A stretch of 64,000 bases of DNA, taken from positions 1,504,001-1,568,000 of the forward strand of contig OZ245842.1 of assembly GCA_965228895.1 (NCBI GenBank). Direction: 5' to 3'. The position numbers were made by a program, and so were the translations under genes. Position 1 is the stretch's first letter; the number at the start of each line of letters is the position of its first letter. Below are positions 8,131 to 17,977 of this stretch, in pieces. Origin of the DNA: Alphaproteobacteria bacterium. Lineage in GTDB: Bacteria > Pseudomonadota > Alphaproteobacteria > SP197. The notes under the pieces are model-generated. The model ran no database searches. It was not told where the DNA came from and saw only the letters and a program-made list of their open reading frames with translations.

Positions 8131-10464
8131 TTGAGCCAGTTCGCCTTGGGCCAGCCGGTCCGCCGCGTCGAAGACCTGCGCCTGATCACCGGGAACGGTC
8201 GCTATACGGATGACGGCGCGGCCTTTGGCGAGGTCTATGGTTATGTCTTGCGCTCGCCTTACGCCCACGCGGATATCACCGGCTTGAATGTTGACGCGGT
8301 GCGCGATTCGCCGGGCGTCGTCGGCGTCGTTACCATCGACGACCTGGATGCCGATGGCATCGGCGACCTGCCGTGTTCGGTTCGCCCGGACAACAGCGAC
8401 GGCACCTCCATGTATCATCCGCCGCGCCCGGCCTTGGCCCGTGGCCGCGTGCGCCATGTCGGCGAACCCATCGCGTTCGTCGTCGCCCAGACCCTCAGCC
8501 AAGCGAAGGATGCCGCCGAACTGATCGAGGTCGACTTCGAGCCGCTCAATGCGGTTGCCTCGACCGCGGGCGCCGTTTCGAAGACGGCGGTCGAGATCTG
8601 GCCGCAAGCACCGGGCAACGTCGCGCTCGATTGGTCGAACGGCGACGAGGCAACCACCGAGGCGGCATTCGCCGGTGCCGCACACGTCGTCACGCTCAAT
8701 CTCGTCAACAACAGGGTTGTCGTCAATCCGATGGAGCCACGGGCAGCGCGCGGCGACTACGATCGGGCGGCCCAGCGTTTCGAACTCGATTCAGGCTCCC
8801 AAGGTGTCCACTTCCTGCAGAACATTCTGGCCGACAAGATCTTCGGCGTGCCACGGACAGCCGTGCATGTAACCACCGGTGATGTCGGCGGCGCGTTCGG
8901 TATGAAGAACTTTCTTTATCCCGAACAGGTGCTGGTGCTGGATGCCGCGCGCCGCTTTGGCTGCCCCGTGCGCTGGACCGGCGAACGCACGGAGTCGTTC
9001 ATGAGCGACACCCAGGGCCGCGATCAGGTGACGACAGCGATGCTGGCGCTGGATGCCGACCACCGCATTCTCGGCCTCAAGGTCGATCTGATCGCTAATT
9101 TGGGCGCTTATCTCTCGAACTACGCGCCAGCGGTGCCGACGTCGGCCAGCACCATCCTGTTGTCCGGTCTCTACGATATCCCGGCGATCCACGTGCGTGT
9201 GCGCGAGGTCTACACCAACATGGTGCCGATGGATGCCTATCGTGGCGCCGGGCGGCCCGAAACCGCCTATTGCGTTGAGCGCTTGATGGACCATGCGGCG
9301 GTCGAGCTGGGCATCGCGCCCGAGGAACTCCGGCGCAAGAACTTCGTGCCGCGCGACAAGTTCCCCTATGTCACCCAGGTCGGCATGACCTATGACGACG
9401 GCGATTTCGCCCGCCATCTGGAGCGCGCGCTATCGCTTGGCGATCACGCGGGCTTCGAGGCGCGCCGCGTCGCGTCGGCCGAGGCCGGCAAACTGCGCGG
9501 CCTGGGGTTTGCCTGTTACATTGAACGATGTGGCGGTGGCGGTCCGGACATGGTCGATATGCGGGTCGATCCCTCAGGAGGGGTGACGCTTTTTGTCGGC
9601 ACCATCACCAACGGGCAGGGGCACGATACGGCCTATGCCCAGTTGACCGCCGACCGACTGGGCCTGCCGATCGAACGCATTCGTATTGTGCAGGGTGACA
9701 GCGACGCCACGCCCTATGGCAGTGGCGTCGGTGGGTCGAACTTCATCGCGGTCGGCGGCAACGCCTGCGCCGTCGCCATCGACAACGTCATCGACAAGGG
9801 GCGCAAGGTTGCCGCTCAGGCCTTGGAGGCGTCCGAGGCCGATATCGATTTTGCCGACGGTGCGTTCAGCATTGTCGGCACCGACCGGTCGGTCAGTCTG
9901 ACAGACATCGCGGCCGCTGCGTTGGATCCCGCTGCATTGCCGCCTGATACGGACCCCGGTCTGCAGGCAGTCGGCAGCTACAAGGCGCCGGGCGTCACGT
10001 TTCCCAACGGCACCCATCTTTGCGAACTCGAGGTCGACCCGGAGACCGGCATGATCGACGTGTTGAACTATCTGGTCGTCGACGACTTCGGAGTCATCGT
10101 CAACCCGATGCTGGTCGAGGGTCAGGTCCATGGCGGCGTTGCCCAGGGCGTGGGGCAGGCGTTCGCCGAACACACGGTCTATGACGAAACCGGGCAGTTG
10201 TTGAGCGGTTCCTTCATGGACTACCAGTTGCTGCGCGCCGGCGATCTCTCGTCGATCGCGTTCGAGACCATCGAAGTCCCGGCGAAAAACAACGCGCTGG
10301 GCGTCAAAGGATGCGGCGAGGCAGGCGCCACCGGCTCGGCGCCGGCGGCGATCAACGCGCTGCTCGACGCGTTGCGCCCGATCGGTGTTCGCCACGTCGA
10401 CATGCCGGCGACTCCCGACAAACTGTGGCGTCTGATCAGGCAAGCAAAGCAGAACGTAGCCTAG
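8131..10464 (+). CDS. Xanthine-dehydrogenase-family molybdopterin large subunit (form II CoxL-like)
   Basis: GQPVRRVEDLRLITG, VGGAFG, AYRGAGR loop, GQGH, EGQVHGG.AQG, KGCGEAG; TTG start after GAGGAG. Confidence 0.88.
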   Translation: MSQFALGQPVRRVEDLRLITGNGRYTDDGAAFGEVYGYVLRSPYAHADITGLNVDAVRDSPGVVGVVTIDDLDADGIGDLPCSVRPDNSDGTSMYHPPRPALARGRVRHVGEPIAFVVAQTLSQAKDAAELIEVDFEPLNAVASTAGAVSKTAVEIWPQAPGNVALDWSNGDEATTEAAFAGAAHVVTLNLVNNRVVVNPMEPRAARGDYDRAAQRFELDSGSQGVHFLQNILADKIFGVPRTAVHVTTGDVGGAFGMKNFLYPEQVLVLDAARRFGCPVRWTGERTESFMSDTQGRDQVTTAMLALDADHRILGLKVDLIANLGAYLSNYAPAVPTSASTILLSGLYDIPAIHVRVREVYTNMVPMDAYRGAGRPETAYCVERLMDHAAVELGIAPEELRRKNFVPRDKFPYVTQVGMTYDDGDFARHLERALSLGDHAGFEARRVASAEAGKLRGLGFACYIERCGGGGPDMVDMRVDPSGGVTLFVGTITNGQGHDTAYAQLTADRLGLPIERIRIVQGDSDATPYGSGVGGSNFIAVGGNACAVAIDNVIDKGRKVAAQALEASEADIDFADGAFSIVGTDRSVSLTDIAAAALDPAALPPDTDPGLQAVGSYKAPGVTFPNGTHLCELEVDPETGMIDVLNYLVVDDFGVIVNPMLVEGQVHGGVAQGVGQAFAEHTVYDETGQLLSGSFMDYQLLRAGDLSSIAFETIEVPAKNNALGVKGCGEAGATGSAPAAINALLDALRPIGVRHVDMPATPDKLWRLIRQAKQNVA

Positions 10465-10477
10465 CGGGGGACATGTC

Positions 10478-11650
10478 ATGACGAATGGAATCAGCGCCAA
10501 GGAATTCGCCGAGCGCCGTGACAAGGTACGCCAAGCCGTCGTGCGTGCCGGCTTGGACGCACTCCTTGTGTGTTCGCGCGGCGGCGGTACGACCGACCGG
10601 TATGCCGACGTCATGTACCTCACCAACTTCTATACCCGTTTTCCCTTCATCCCCGACGTTCCCGGCGAATGGACGGCGCGGGCGCACGCATTTGTTCTGA
10701 TGCCGACGGACGAAGCGCCAATCCTGATCGCTGACGATACGCCCAAGCGGCCGGAGGAGCTTCATATCGACGACCACGTCGTCACAGGCGACGTCATCGC
10801 ATCGTTGATCGACGCGATCGGCAAGGCCGGACTTCAGGCCGCGCGTATCGGTATCGCCGGATCGGACACCTTGCCGTGGGCCGTCCACCGCCGGCTGAGC
10901 GAGGCTTTTCCCAAGGCCGAGTGGCTGCCGGCCGATGAGATCATGACGACCATCCGCATGGTGAAGTCGCCCGGCGAGATCGCCGCGCTCAGGCGCGCGT
11001 CCAAGGTCGGCAGCCAGGCGACCGAAGCCATGCTGGATCGCGCTGAAGCTGGCGTCAGCCATGGCGAGGTGGTCGCGGCGGGTATGGAGATGTTGGTGAC
11101 CCAGGGCGGCATTCTCTATAACTCGTTCATGTCCTCCGGCAAGGGCGGCAACAAACCGCGCTCCGTCGCCAATAGTTTTCCGACCTGGGGATCTGACGAC
11201 GTTCTGGAGGATGGCGACTGGTTCCATGTCGGCATCTCCGGCGCGGTCGACGGCTACTACTTCGACCACGCGCGTTCCAAACCGATCGGCCAACCGACCG
11301 CCGAGCAGGTTCGGGTGTTCGAGGCGCCGATCGTCGCCGTTCAGGCGGCCATGGATGTCATTCGCCCCGGCGTCACAGCCGCCGAGGTCGCGCGCGTCGG
11401 ACGCGAAGCGCTGGAGGCGCGGGGATTCCCACTCGAGGGCGCGTTCAAGGGGTTCGGCCACGGTATCGGCCTGGGCTGGGATTCACCGTGGTTGGTCGAA
11501 TCCGATCACACGGTGCTGCAGAAAGACATGGTGCTCTGTGTCGAGCGCAGCGTGCGCCACATGGGTTACCTCGGCGACTTCGAAGAGACGGTGCTGGTCA
11601 CCGGCGATGGGATCGAGTTGCTGACCGATGCCGTCGTGCGGCGCTGGTAG
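10478..11650 (+). CDS. M24 (Xaa-Pro peptidase / creatinase-like) hydrolase
   Basis: Creatinase-like N-domain; R.VKSPGEI, GY..D.AR, GHGIGL, EETVLVT. Confidence 0.8.
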   Translation: MTNGISAKEFAERRDKVRQAVVRAGLDALLVCSRGGGTTDRYADVMYLTNFYTRFPFIPDVPGEWTARAHAFVLMPTDEAPILIADDTPKRPEELHIDDHVVTGDVIASLIDAIGKAGLQAARIGIAGSDTLPWAVHRRLSEAFPKAEWLPADEIMTTIRMVKSPGEIAALRRASKVGSQATEAMLDRAEAGVSHGEVVAAGMEMLVTQGGILYNSFMSSGKGGNKPRSVANSFPTWGSDDVLEDGDWFHVGISGAVDGYYFDHARSKPIGQPTAEQVRVFEAPIVAVQAAMDVIRPGVTAAEVARVGREALEARGFPLEGAFKGFGHGIGLGWDSPWLVESDHTVLQKDMVLCVERSVRHMGYLGDFEETVLVTGDGIELLTDAVVRRW

Positions 11651-11659
11651 AGCCGTCTG

Positions 11660-11965
11660 TTAAGCCCCGAGCCATACCCTGACAAGGGCGGCAACAGCGA
11701 CACCGGCCGTCATGGCGATCAGCATGTTCTTGGTCGCCACCATGGCAAAGAAGGTGGCCGCAATGCCGATGACCGTACCCTCATCACCGGTAAGCAGGGC
11801 AGGCACCACGATGGCGACCATCACGGAACTCGACAGGCTGTCCAGGAAGGCTTCGGTCCTTGGCGTCACCGGCACGACACTCATGATCAGCAGACCGCCG
11901 GCCCGGGTCAGGTAGGTCACCGCCGCCAGGGCCAGGATGATCAGGATGGTTGTGGGATCACTCAC
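11660..11965 (-). CDS. AzlD-family membrane protein
   Basis: LAAVTYLTRAGG; small hydrophobic ORF overlapping the azlC stop; GTG start. Confidence 0.8.
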   Translation of the reverse strand: MSDPTTILIILALAAVTYLTRAGGLLIMSVVPVTPRTEAFLDSLSSSVMVAIVVPALLTGDEGTVIGIAATFFAMVATKNMLIAMTAGVAVAALVRVWLGA

Positions 11966-12665
11966 GGTGCAGCAGGGCGCCGGTCGCGCCGCCCGCGATG
12001 GCGCCGGCCATGATGTGCCAGTTCGTCGGCAGCAGCCACAGGCCGAGCAGGGATACGACGGCGGCCGCTGTCCACGGCAGGATGTTCGTACGGCCGCGCC
12101 ACATGCCAACCAAGACGGTGGCAAAGAAGGCGAGCATCAGAACATCCAGACCGTAGCGTTTGGGGTCCAAGAGCTCACCGGCAGCGGTGAGGCCCGCCAG
12201 CGTGCCGGTGATCCAGCAGATCCACAGCGCCATGCCGCCGCCGACGAGGACGCCGACATCGTTGCCGCCCTGCGCGCGGTACTTCATGGCCATCGCCCAG
12301 TTGGCATCGCTCAGGAGAGCCGCAGCACCGAACCGCCGCCACGGGCCGAGGTGCCGAAACCAGGGGTGGAGCGCGGCGCCGAGAAGCACATGCCGGGTGT
12401 TGACGGCCAGCACCGCCAGCAGCAGCGCACCTAACCCGGCGTGGTCGAGGCCCATGTCCAGCGCGACAAACTGGGCTGCACCGGAGAACACGGCGGCACT
12501 CATGAGACCGGCCTCGACGTTGGTGAGACCGGCCTGCTGGGCAGCCGCGCCAAAGGCGATGCCCAGCACAAAGGCATAAAGCGCGATCGGCGTGATCTCC
12601 GGTATCCCGGTTCTAACGCCGCGCCACGTCAAGATGGCCGTAAGCCTTGAATCCTGTGATGCCAT
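11958..12665 (-). CDS. azlC: AzlC-family exporter permease
   Basis: MSAAVFSGAAQF, VNTRHVL, LSDANWA. Confidence 0.85.
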   Translation of the reverse strand: MASQDSRLTAILTWRGVRTGIPEITPIALYAFVLGIAFGAAAQQAGLTNVEAGLMSAAVFSGAAQFVALDMGLDHAGLGALLLAVLAVNTRHVLLGAALHPWFRHLGPWRRFGAAALLSDANWAMAMKYRAQGGNDVGVLVGGGMALWICWITGTLAGLTAAGELLDPKRYGLDVLMLAFFATVLVGMWRGRTNILPWTAAAVVSLLGLWLLPTNWHIMAGAIAGGATGALLHRE

Positions 12666-12669
12666 CGAC

Positions 12670-12735
12670 TCTAACCAGCTAATAGGTTAGATAGTGAAGC
12701 TAGGCCGTGTCGCTGTCAACCGCTAAGGTGGTTAG
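12670..12735. promoter_or_regulatory. Twin AACC-N8-GGTT palindromes, putative operator of the ABATE/CGNR regulator
   Basis: TCTAACC-agctaata-GGTTAGA (12670-12691) and TCAACC-gctaaggt-GGTTAG (12716-12735) in the divergent intergenic region. Confidence 0.6.
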
Positions 12736-12752
12736 GTCGGTCGCGGCCAAGG

Positions 12753-13367
12753 ATGAAGGCGATGGAAACACTGCGTTCGGGATCGTTGGGATTGTTCGGC
12801 GGCAGGCTGTGCCTCGATTTCGTGAACACCGCCAATCGCCACGGCGATGGGATCGACCGCGAATTCCTGGAGACCTACGACGACCTCGTCGCGTGGGGCC
12901 GCCATGTCGGCCTGCTGGCGAGCGGTGATGGTCGCGCCGCCGCACGCCTTCCCGAGGCGGATACTATCGAGGCCGCGCTGGCGTTTGACGCGTGCCTTCA
13001 GCTCAGGGAATGCCTGTACCGATTGCTGTTACCCGGCGGCCGCCGTGACCCGGCGGGCGCGGATCTCGAACGCTTGAACCACGCGTTGACACGCGGCGCT
13101 CACCACAGCCGCCTTGTCGCGGACGGAGAAGGCTTTGCCTATGCCGTCGACGATGATGCGCTCGCCTGGCTGATGGGTCCGGTCGCGTGGTCGGCATCGG
13201 AGCTGCTGACGTCAGGTCAGATCGAGCACGTCAAGACATGCCCTGGGACGCATTGTGGCTGGCTGTTCCTGGATACCTCACGCGGCCACACCCGGCGCTG
13301 GTGTTCGATGACCACGTGCGGCAATCGGGCGAAGGCACGCGCCCACTATGCGCGCCACCAGGTTTGA
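12753..13367 (+). CDS. ABATE domain / CGNR zinc-finger transcription regulator
   Basis: LCLDFVNT; C....CGWLFLDTSR..RRWCSMTTCGNRAK. Confidence 0.92.
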   Translation: MKAMETLRSGSLGLFGGRLCLDFVNTANRHGDGIDREFLETYDDLVAWGRHVGLLASGDGRAAARLPEADTIEAALAFDACLQLRECLYRLLLPGGRRDPAGADLERLNHALTRGAHHSRLVADGEGFAYAVDDDALAWLMGPVAWSASELLTSGQIEHVKTCPGTHCGWLFLDTSRGHTRRWCSMTTCGNRAKARAHYARHQV

Positions 13368-13399
13368 TCGTTGATCGGCTCACACGGTTGTTCGTTCCG

Positions 13400-14329
13400 T
13401 CAGCGTTCGATGGTTACCTGCCACTGCGGACCGGCGCCAATACCGTAGGTTTCTGAAAAGTTTGCAAAGCTCAGCGCTACCGACATGTTGCCGACATTGT
13501 TGAGAAGGATCAGGGGCGCGCCGGGCTCCACGTCCGGATAGGCGGCGGCATAGGTCGCCGCTTCGCGATAGACGACGTCGTCACCATCGGCGATCGTCAC
13601 GGTCAACACGTCGCCGTAGCTGGCGCCGAGCGAATCAAAGCTAGCTTGGTCGATATTCGTCCAAAGATTGCCGAAGGGATAGTGGATCAGGCTGACGGTT
13701 CCGGTGACGGCGCGATCGGCGATCCGCGGTTCGCCAAGGTCGAGATGGACATATGCGCTGCCAAGCGACGGCCCGATGGCTTCAAAGCTACGGATGCCCG
13801 CGGCAAGTTCCGCGGCCGTCCGCACGAACAGATCCCGCGCGGAAAAGGTGTAGTAGTCTTGCGCGCCCGGCTCAGGGTCCTGCGATGTCTCGATGACACG
13901 GACGTCCACCACGCCATAGGTCTCCGCGACCAACGTCAACGTGCCATTGTCCGGCGTCGCGATGAAATGTCCGGTTTCCGTCAGCATCACAACCGGCTGG
14001 CGTTCCGAAAGCGGACCATCGTCGACAGCCGATACGAAGACCGTGCCGGCGGGATAGAACCCTAGGGCCGCGTCCAGGGTCTGGGCTGCCTCCCATATGT
14101 CGAACGGTGCGATCTCGTGGGTCGAATCGACAACCTGCAGGTACGAATCAACCGAAAAGGCGACACCCTTCATCTGTGCGGCCGCGCCGTGCCGCGTGCC
14201 CTTGTCTGACTGAAGCACGACGATGCCGTTCGTCTCCTGGCCGTACACAGGCGACAGGGCCAGGACTGCGACGACGACACCTGTCATCCATAAGAACCGC
14301 CTTGCTCTCATCCGATGCATCACACCCAC
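13400..14329 (-). CDS. Secreted DUF62 / SAM-dependent hydroxide adenosyltransferase-halogenase family protein with divergent active site
   Basis: Signal peptide; MKGV, D.THEI, GTVFVS.VD, PDNGTL, TFSARD, FGN.WTNI. Confidence 0.8.
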   Translation of the reverse strand: MGVMHRMRARRFLWMTGVVVAVLALSPVYGQETNGIVVLQSDKGTRHGAAAQMKGVAFSVDSYLQVVDSTHEIAPFDIWEAAQTLDAALGFYPAGTVFVSAVDDGPLSERQPVVMLTETGHFIATPDNGTLTLVAETYGVVDVRVIETSQDPEPGAQDYYTFSARDLFVRTAAELAAGIRSFEAIGPSLGSAYVHLDLGEPRIADRAVTGTVSLIHYPFGNLWTNIDQASFDSLGASYGDVLTVTIADGDDVVYREAATYAAAYPDVEPGAPLILLNNVGNMSVALSFANFSETYGIGAGPQWQVTIER

Positions 14330-14378
14330 CCCCCTTGCATGCTTTGTCGCTGTGCGACGCGGTCAAGGCGCGTCAGCC

Positions 14379-16268
14379 TCAAGCCGCGTCGGACTCGGCG
14401 GCTTCCAGTTTGTGCTGGGCATCCAGCCAGTCGGCCTCGGCACGTTCCAGGCGCTTCTCGATGTCGGCACGCTTTTTCATGAGCTTGGTCGCCGGCTGAC
14501 CGGCTTCGTCACCGTCATACTGGTCGGGATGAAACAGCGCGTGATCGATTTCGCTGCGTTCGCGCGACAGCTTCTCGATCAGCGCTTCGGCCTCCTTGAC
14601 CTGCTTACGGAGCGCGCTCGTGCGTTCGCGCGCCTTGGCCGCCGCACGGCGTGCTTCCTTGCGATTGACCTTGGTGCCTGCCTCGGCCTCGGTCTTCGTT
14701 TCGTTTGAGCCACTCAGGATCTGGCGCCGGTAGTCGTCCAGGCTGCCGGTGAACTCGCGTGCCGTGCCGTCGGCGACCAGCCACAGGCGATCCGCCGTCA
14801 GTTCAACGAGATGGCGGTCATGGCTGACCAGGATGACGGCGCCGGTGAAGTCGTTGATCGCCTGCACCAGCGCTTCGCGCGCATCGACGTCCAAATGGTT
14901 GGTCGGCTCGTCCAGGATCAGCACGTGCGGGGCTTCGCGCGTAATCAGGGCAAGCGCCAGGCGCGCGCGTTCGCCGCCGGAGAGTTTCGAGACTTCCGTC
15001 AGCGCCTTGTCGCCGGAGAATCCGAACCGGCCGAGCTGGCTTCTCACCGCGCCCGGCTTGGCGTCGGGCATCAGGCGGGTCATGTGCTGCATTGGTGTGT
15101 CGCCGGAGCGCAGCTCCTCGACCTGATGCTGGGCGAAATAGCCGACCTTCAGCTTGGTCGCCTCGTGCCGGTCGCCCGCCATGGGTTCCAGCCGGTGCGC
15201 CATCAGCCTCGCCAGCGTCGTCTTGCCGTTGCCGTTGCGCCCCAGCATGGCGATCCGGTCGTCGGGATCGAGACGCAGACCGATCTCTTTCAGCACCGGC
15301 ACGTCAGGTTGGTAGCCGACCGCGATGTCATCGTAGGTGACCAGCGGCGGCTTTAGTTCGGTAGGGTTTGGGAACTCGAACGCGATGGTCTCACCCTCGG
15401 CCATGGACGCGACCGGCTGCATGCGCGACAGCGCTTTTAGCCGGCTTTGCGCCTGGCGCGCCGTATGGGCCTTGTAGCGCCAGCGGTCGACATAGCTCTG
15501 CAGGTGCTTGCGCTGTTGCTCCTGCTTCGTGCGCAAGGCTTCCAACTGCGCCAGGCGTTCGCCGCGCAGCCGTTCGAAATCGTCATAGCCGCCGGGATAG
15601 AGTGTCAGCTTGCCGTTGATCAAATGCAGAATGTGGTTGGCGACATTGTTGAGGAGATCGCGCTCATGGCTCACCACGATCAACGTCTTGGGATAACCCT
15701 TCAGGAACGATTCCAGCCACAGCGTCGCTTCGAGGTCCAGATGGTTGCTGGGCTCATCAAGCAACAGGATCTCGGGCTCGGTGAACAACAGGGACGCCAG
15801 GGCGACGCGCATGCGCCAGCCGCCGGAGAAGCTCTCGATTGGCTGGTGCTGCTCGGCTTCTGTGAAGCCCAGACCGGCCAGGATGCGCGCGGCGCGCGAC
15901 GGCGCGGCATAGGCCTCGATATCGGCGAGACGGTTATGGATCTCACCGATTTTCGCAGGGTCAGTCTCGTTCTCGGCCGCCGCCAGCAGGCTGGCGCGTT
16001 CGATATCGGCGGCCAGGACCGTTTCCAGCGGCGTGCCGTCGCCGGACGGTGCCTCCTGGGCGATCAGGCCGATGCGCCGATTCTTGCCAAGCTCGACATC
16101 GCCGCCATCGGGGTCCAATTCGCCGGTGATGACCTTCAGCAGCGTCGACTTGCCGGCGCCATTGCGGCCGATCAGCCCGACGCGATGACCGTCAGGGATC
16201 GTCGCGCTGGCGCCGTCAATAATGACCCGTCCGCCGAGGCGCACGGTGATATCGCTTAAGGTCAACAT
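14379..16268 (-). CDS. ABC-F family ATPase (YheS-like)
   Basis: Two ABC cassettes (GRNGAGKST, FSGGWRMR, LLLDEPSNHLD; GRNGNGKT, LSGGE, DEPTNHLD), no TM, coiled-coil tail. Confidence 0.92.
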   Translation of the reverse strand: MLTLSDITVRLGGRVIIDGASATIPDGHRVGLIGRNGAGKSTLLKVITGELDPDGGDVELGKNRRIGLIAQEAPSGDGTPLETVLAADIERASLLAAAENETDPAKIGEIHNRLADIEAYAAPSRAARILAGLGFTEAEQHQPIESFSGGWRMRVALASLLFTEPEILLLDEPSNHLDLEATLWLESFLKGYPKTLIVVSHERDLLNNVANHILHLINGKLTLYPGGYDDFERLRGERLAQLEALRTKQEQQRKHLQSYVDRWRYKAHTARQAQSRLKALSRMQPVASMAEGETIAFEFPNPTELKPPLVTYDDIAVGYQPDVPVLKEIGLRLDPDDRIAMLGRNGNGKTTLARLMAHRLEPMAGDRHEATKLKVGYFAQHQVEELRSGDTPMQHMTRLMPDAKPGAVRSQLGRFGFSGDKALTEVSKLSGGERARLALALITREAPHVLILDEPTNHLDVDAREALVQAINDFTGAVILVSHDRHLVELTADRLWLVADGTAREFTGSLDDYRRQILSGSNETKTEAEAGTKVNRKEARRAAAKARERTSALRKQVKEAEALIEKLSRERSEIDHALFHPDQYDGDEAGQPATKLMKKRADIEKRLERAEADWLDAQHKLEAAESDAA

Positions 16269-16314
16269 GGCGGCGGGGTCTTAACACGGCCCCGGGGGGG
16301 AATTGAAGGTCGGG

Positions 16315-16608
16315 TTAGATTTCCGTCTCGTCGGCCGCCGGCGCGTCCGACGTCTCGCCGTCTTCCGGATTGAGGCGGCGGATGACGATGTCGCCGTTCT
16401 CCATGATCTCCGGCATAGCGTATTGCGGGATCGCCATCAGCATCAGTTCAAGCGCCAGCATCAGCTTTTCGGCGGCTTCCTCGGCCAGAACGGCGGGATT
16501 CTGGTCGGTTTCCGGCGCCGTCTCGTCGTCGGCCATGGCGACGGGCGCGCTGAGCGCCATGGTCGAGGCCAAGCACAGACTGGTGAAGATTCGGCGTTGA
16601 GGCGACAT
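16315..16608 (-). CDS. Small exported hypothetical protein
   Basis: Signal peptide ending AMA; PQYAMPEIMENGDIVIRR motif; GAGGAG RBS. Confidence 0.75.
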   Translation of the reverse strand: MSPQRRIFTSLCLASTMALSAPVAMADDETAPETDQNPAVLAEEAAEKLMLALELMLMAIPQYAMPEIMENGDIVIRRLNPEDGETSDAPAADETEI

Positions 16609-16716
16609 GGTTTCAGTCTCCTCGGCGATCGTTGTTGTCATGCACGGACTGTTGCCGCCCAAGCGGGCGAATTTAAGGCGCGCGGTTGTCGCGATTGTCG
16701 GGACCAAAAATCGCGA

Positions 16717-16908
16717 TCAGTGGGCGTCTTGTTCCCGGGCGGCCTTTTCGGATCGATTGGCGTGATAGCCGACCAAAAGGAACCACGACAGCAACAGCAA
16801 TCCCAAGCCCATATAGACGCTGGACCCATGCGGCGAACCAGCTGCAATGAACAGGCCAAGGATGCCCAGAAGGCCGAAGACGATGGTGATGAAAATGGAC
16901 GCCAGCAT
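16717..16908 (-). CDS. Small two-TM hypothetical membrane protein (63 aa)
   Basis: Two clear hydrophobic helices; fills an otherwise empty gap. Confidence 0.6.
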   Translation of the reverse strand: MLASIFITIVFGLLGILGLFIAAGSPHGSSVYMGLGLLLLSWFLLVGYHANRSEKAAREQDAH

Positions 16909-17067
16909 GGTCGAAACCCCACAGGATTGGTTCGCGCGCGAGCATACGCATCTTGGCGCCAAGAGCAAGACTGACCCTGCGTTGCCAGGACGGAACCCCG
17001 CCGCCTATGATGCGCCCAATTGCCGTCAATTCTGACATTGAATCGCGTTCGCCAAGGAGAAGTCGTC

Positions 17068-17940
17068 GTGAAGGTTGCGTTCCTCGGATTGGGGGTCATG
17101 GGCTACCCCATGGCCGGCCACCTGGCCGCCAAAGGCCATGAGGTCACTGTCTATAACCGCAATGCTGACAAGGCGAAGGCCTGGGTCGACCAGCATGGCG
17201 GCGCCAGCGCCGCGAGTCCGGCCGAGGCGGCCAAGGGGCAGGAAATCGTTTTTGCCTGTGTTGGCGACGATCCCAGCGTGCGCGACGTCATCACTGGCAG
17301 CGATGGCGCCATCCACGGTATGGAGAAGGGCGCGGTCTTCGTCGATCATACGACCGCGTCGGCCGATGTCGCGCGTGAGGTGGCGGCGGCGCTTGCCGAC
17401 AAGGGCATGGGTTTTGTCGACGCGCCGGTATCCGGCGGTCAGGCGGGCGCGGAAAACGGCCAGCTCACCATCATGTGCGGCGGCGATAAGGCGCACTATG
17501 AACATGCGCGCCCGGTGATGGAGGGCTACGCCAAGGCGGTCAACCTGATGGGCCCGGTCGGGGCCGGGCAGCTGTGCAAGATGGCCAACCAGATCTGCAT
17601 CGCCGGCCTGGTCCAGGGTCTGGCCGAAGGCCTCAACTTTGCCCAGCGTGCCGGCCTTGACGGCAAGCAGGTGATCGACGTCATCTCCAAGGGCGCCGCC
17701 GGAAGCTGGCAGATGGAAAACCGGGGGAACACCATGCTGGAGGACCAGTACGAGTTCGGTTTTGCCGTCGACTGGATGCGTAAGGATTTGCGTATTGCGC
17801 TTGCCGAGGCGCGCAATAACAACGGCGCCCTGCTGCCGGTGACCGCGTTGGTCGATCAGTTCTATGCCGAGATCCAGCGGCTCGGCGGCAACCGGTGGGA
17901 CACCTCCAGCCTGATGCACCGGCTGAAACGCGCGCCCTGA
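17068..17940 (+). CDS. Beta-hydroxyacid dehydrogenase (3-hydroxyisobutyrate / tartronate semialdehyde reductase family)
   Basis: GLGVMG.PMA, DAPVSGG, GAGQLCK..NQ, F..DWMRKDL; AAGGAG RBS. Confidence 0.9.
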   Translation: MKVAFLGLGVMGYPMAGHLAAKGHEVTVYNRNADKAKAWVDQHGGASAASPAEAAKGQEIVFACVGDDPSVRDVITGSDGAIHGMEKGAVFVDHTTASADVAREVAAALADKGMGFVDAPVSGGQAGAENGQLTIMCGGDKAHYEHARPVMEGYAKAVNLMGPVGAGQLCKMANQICIAGLVQGLAEGLNFAQRAGLDGKQVIDVISKGAAGSWQMENRGNTMLEDQYEFGFAVDWMRKDLRIALAEARNNNGALLPVTALVDQFYAEIQRLGGNRWDTSSLMHRLKRAP

Positions 17941-17977
17941 TCCGATCCATGCCGCGAAGCGAGGCGGCGCCTATTCG

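Noticed and set aside
8131-10464. Bona fide aerobic CO dehydrogenase
   Set aside because: The loop is AYRGAGR (form II / generic molybdenum hydroxylase), not form I AYxCSFR, and no coxMS or accessory genes are adjacent.
13400-14329. Fluorinase or chlorinase call
   Set aside because: The halide-site motif is FSAR rather than FYSR or WYG, and the overall pattern follows the secreted DUF62 type.
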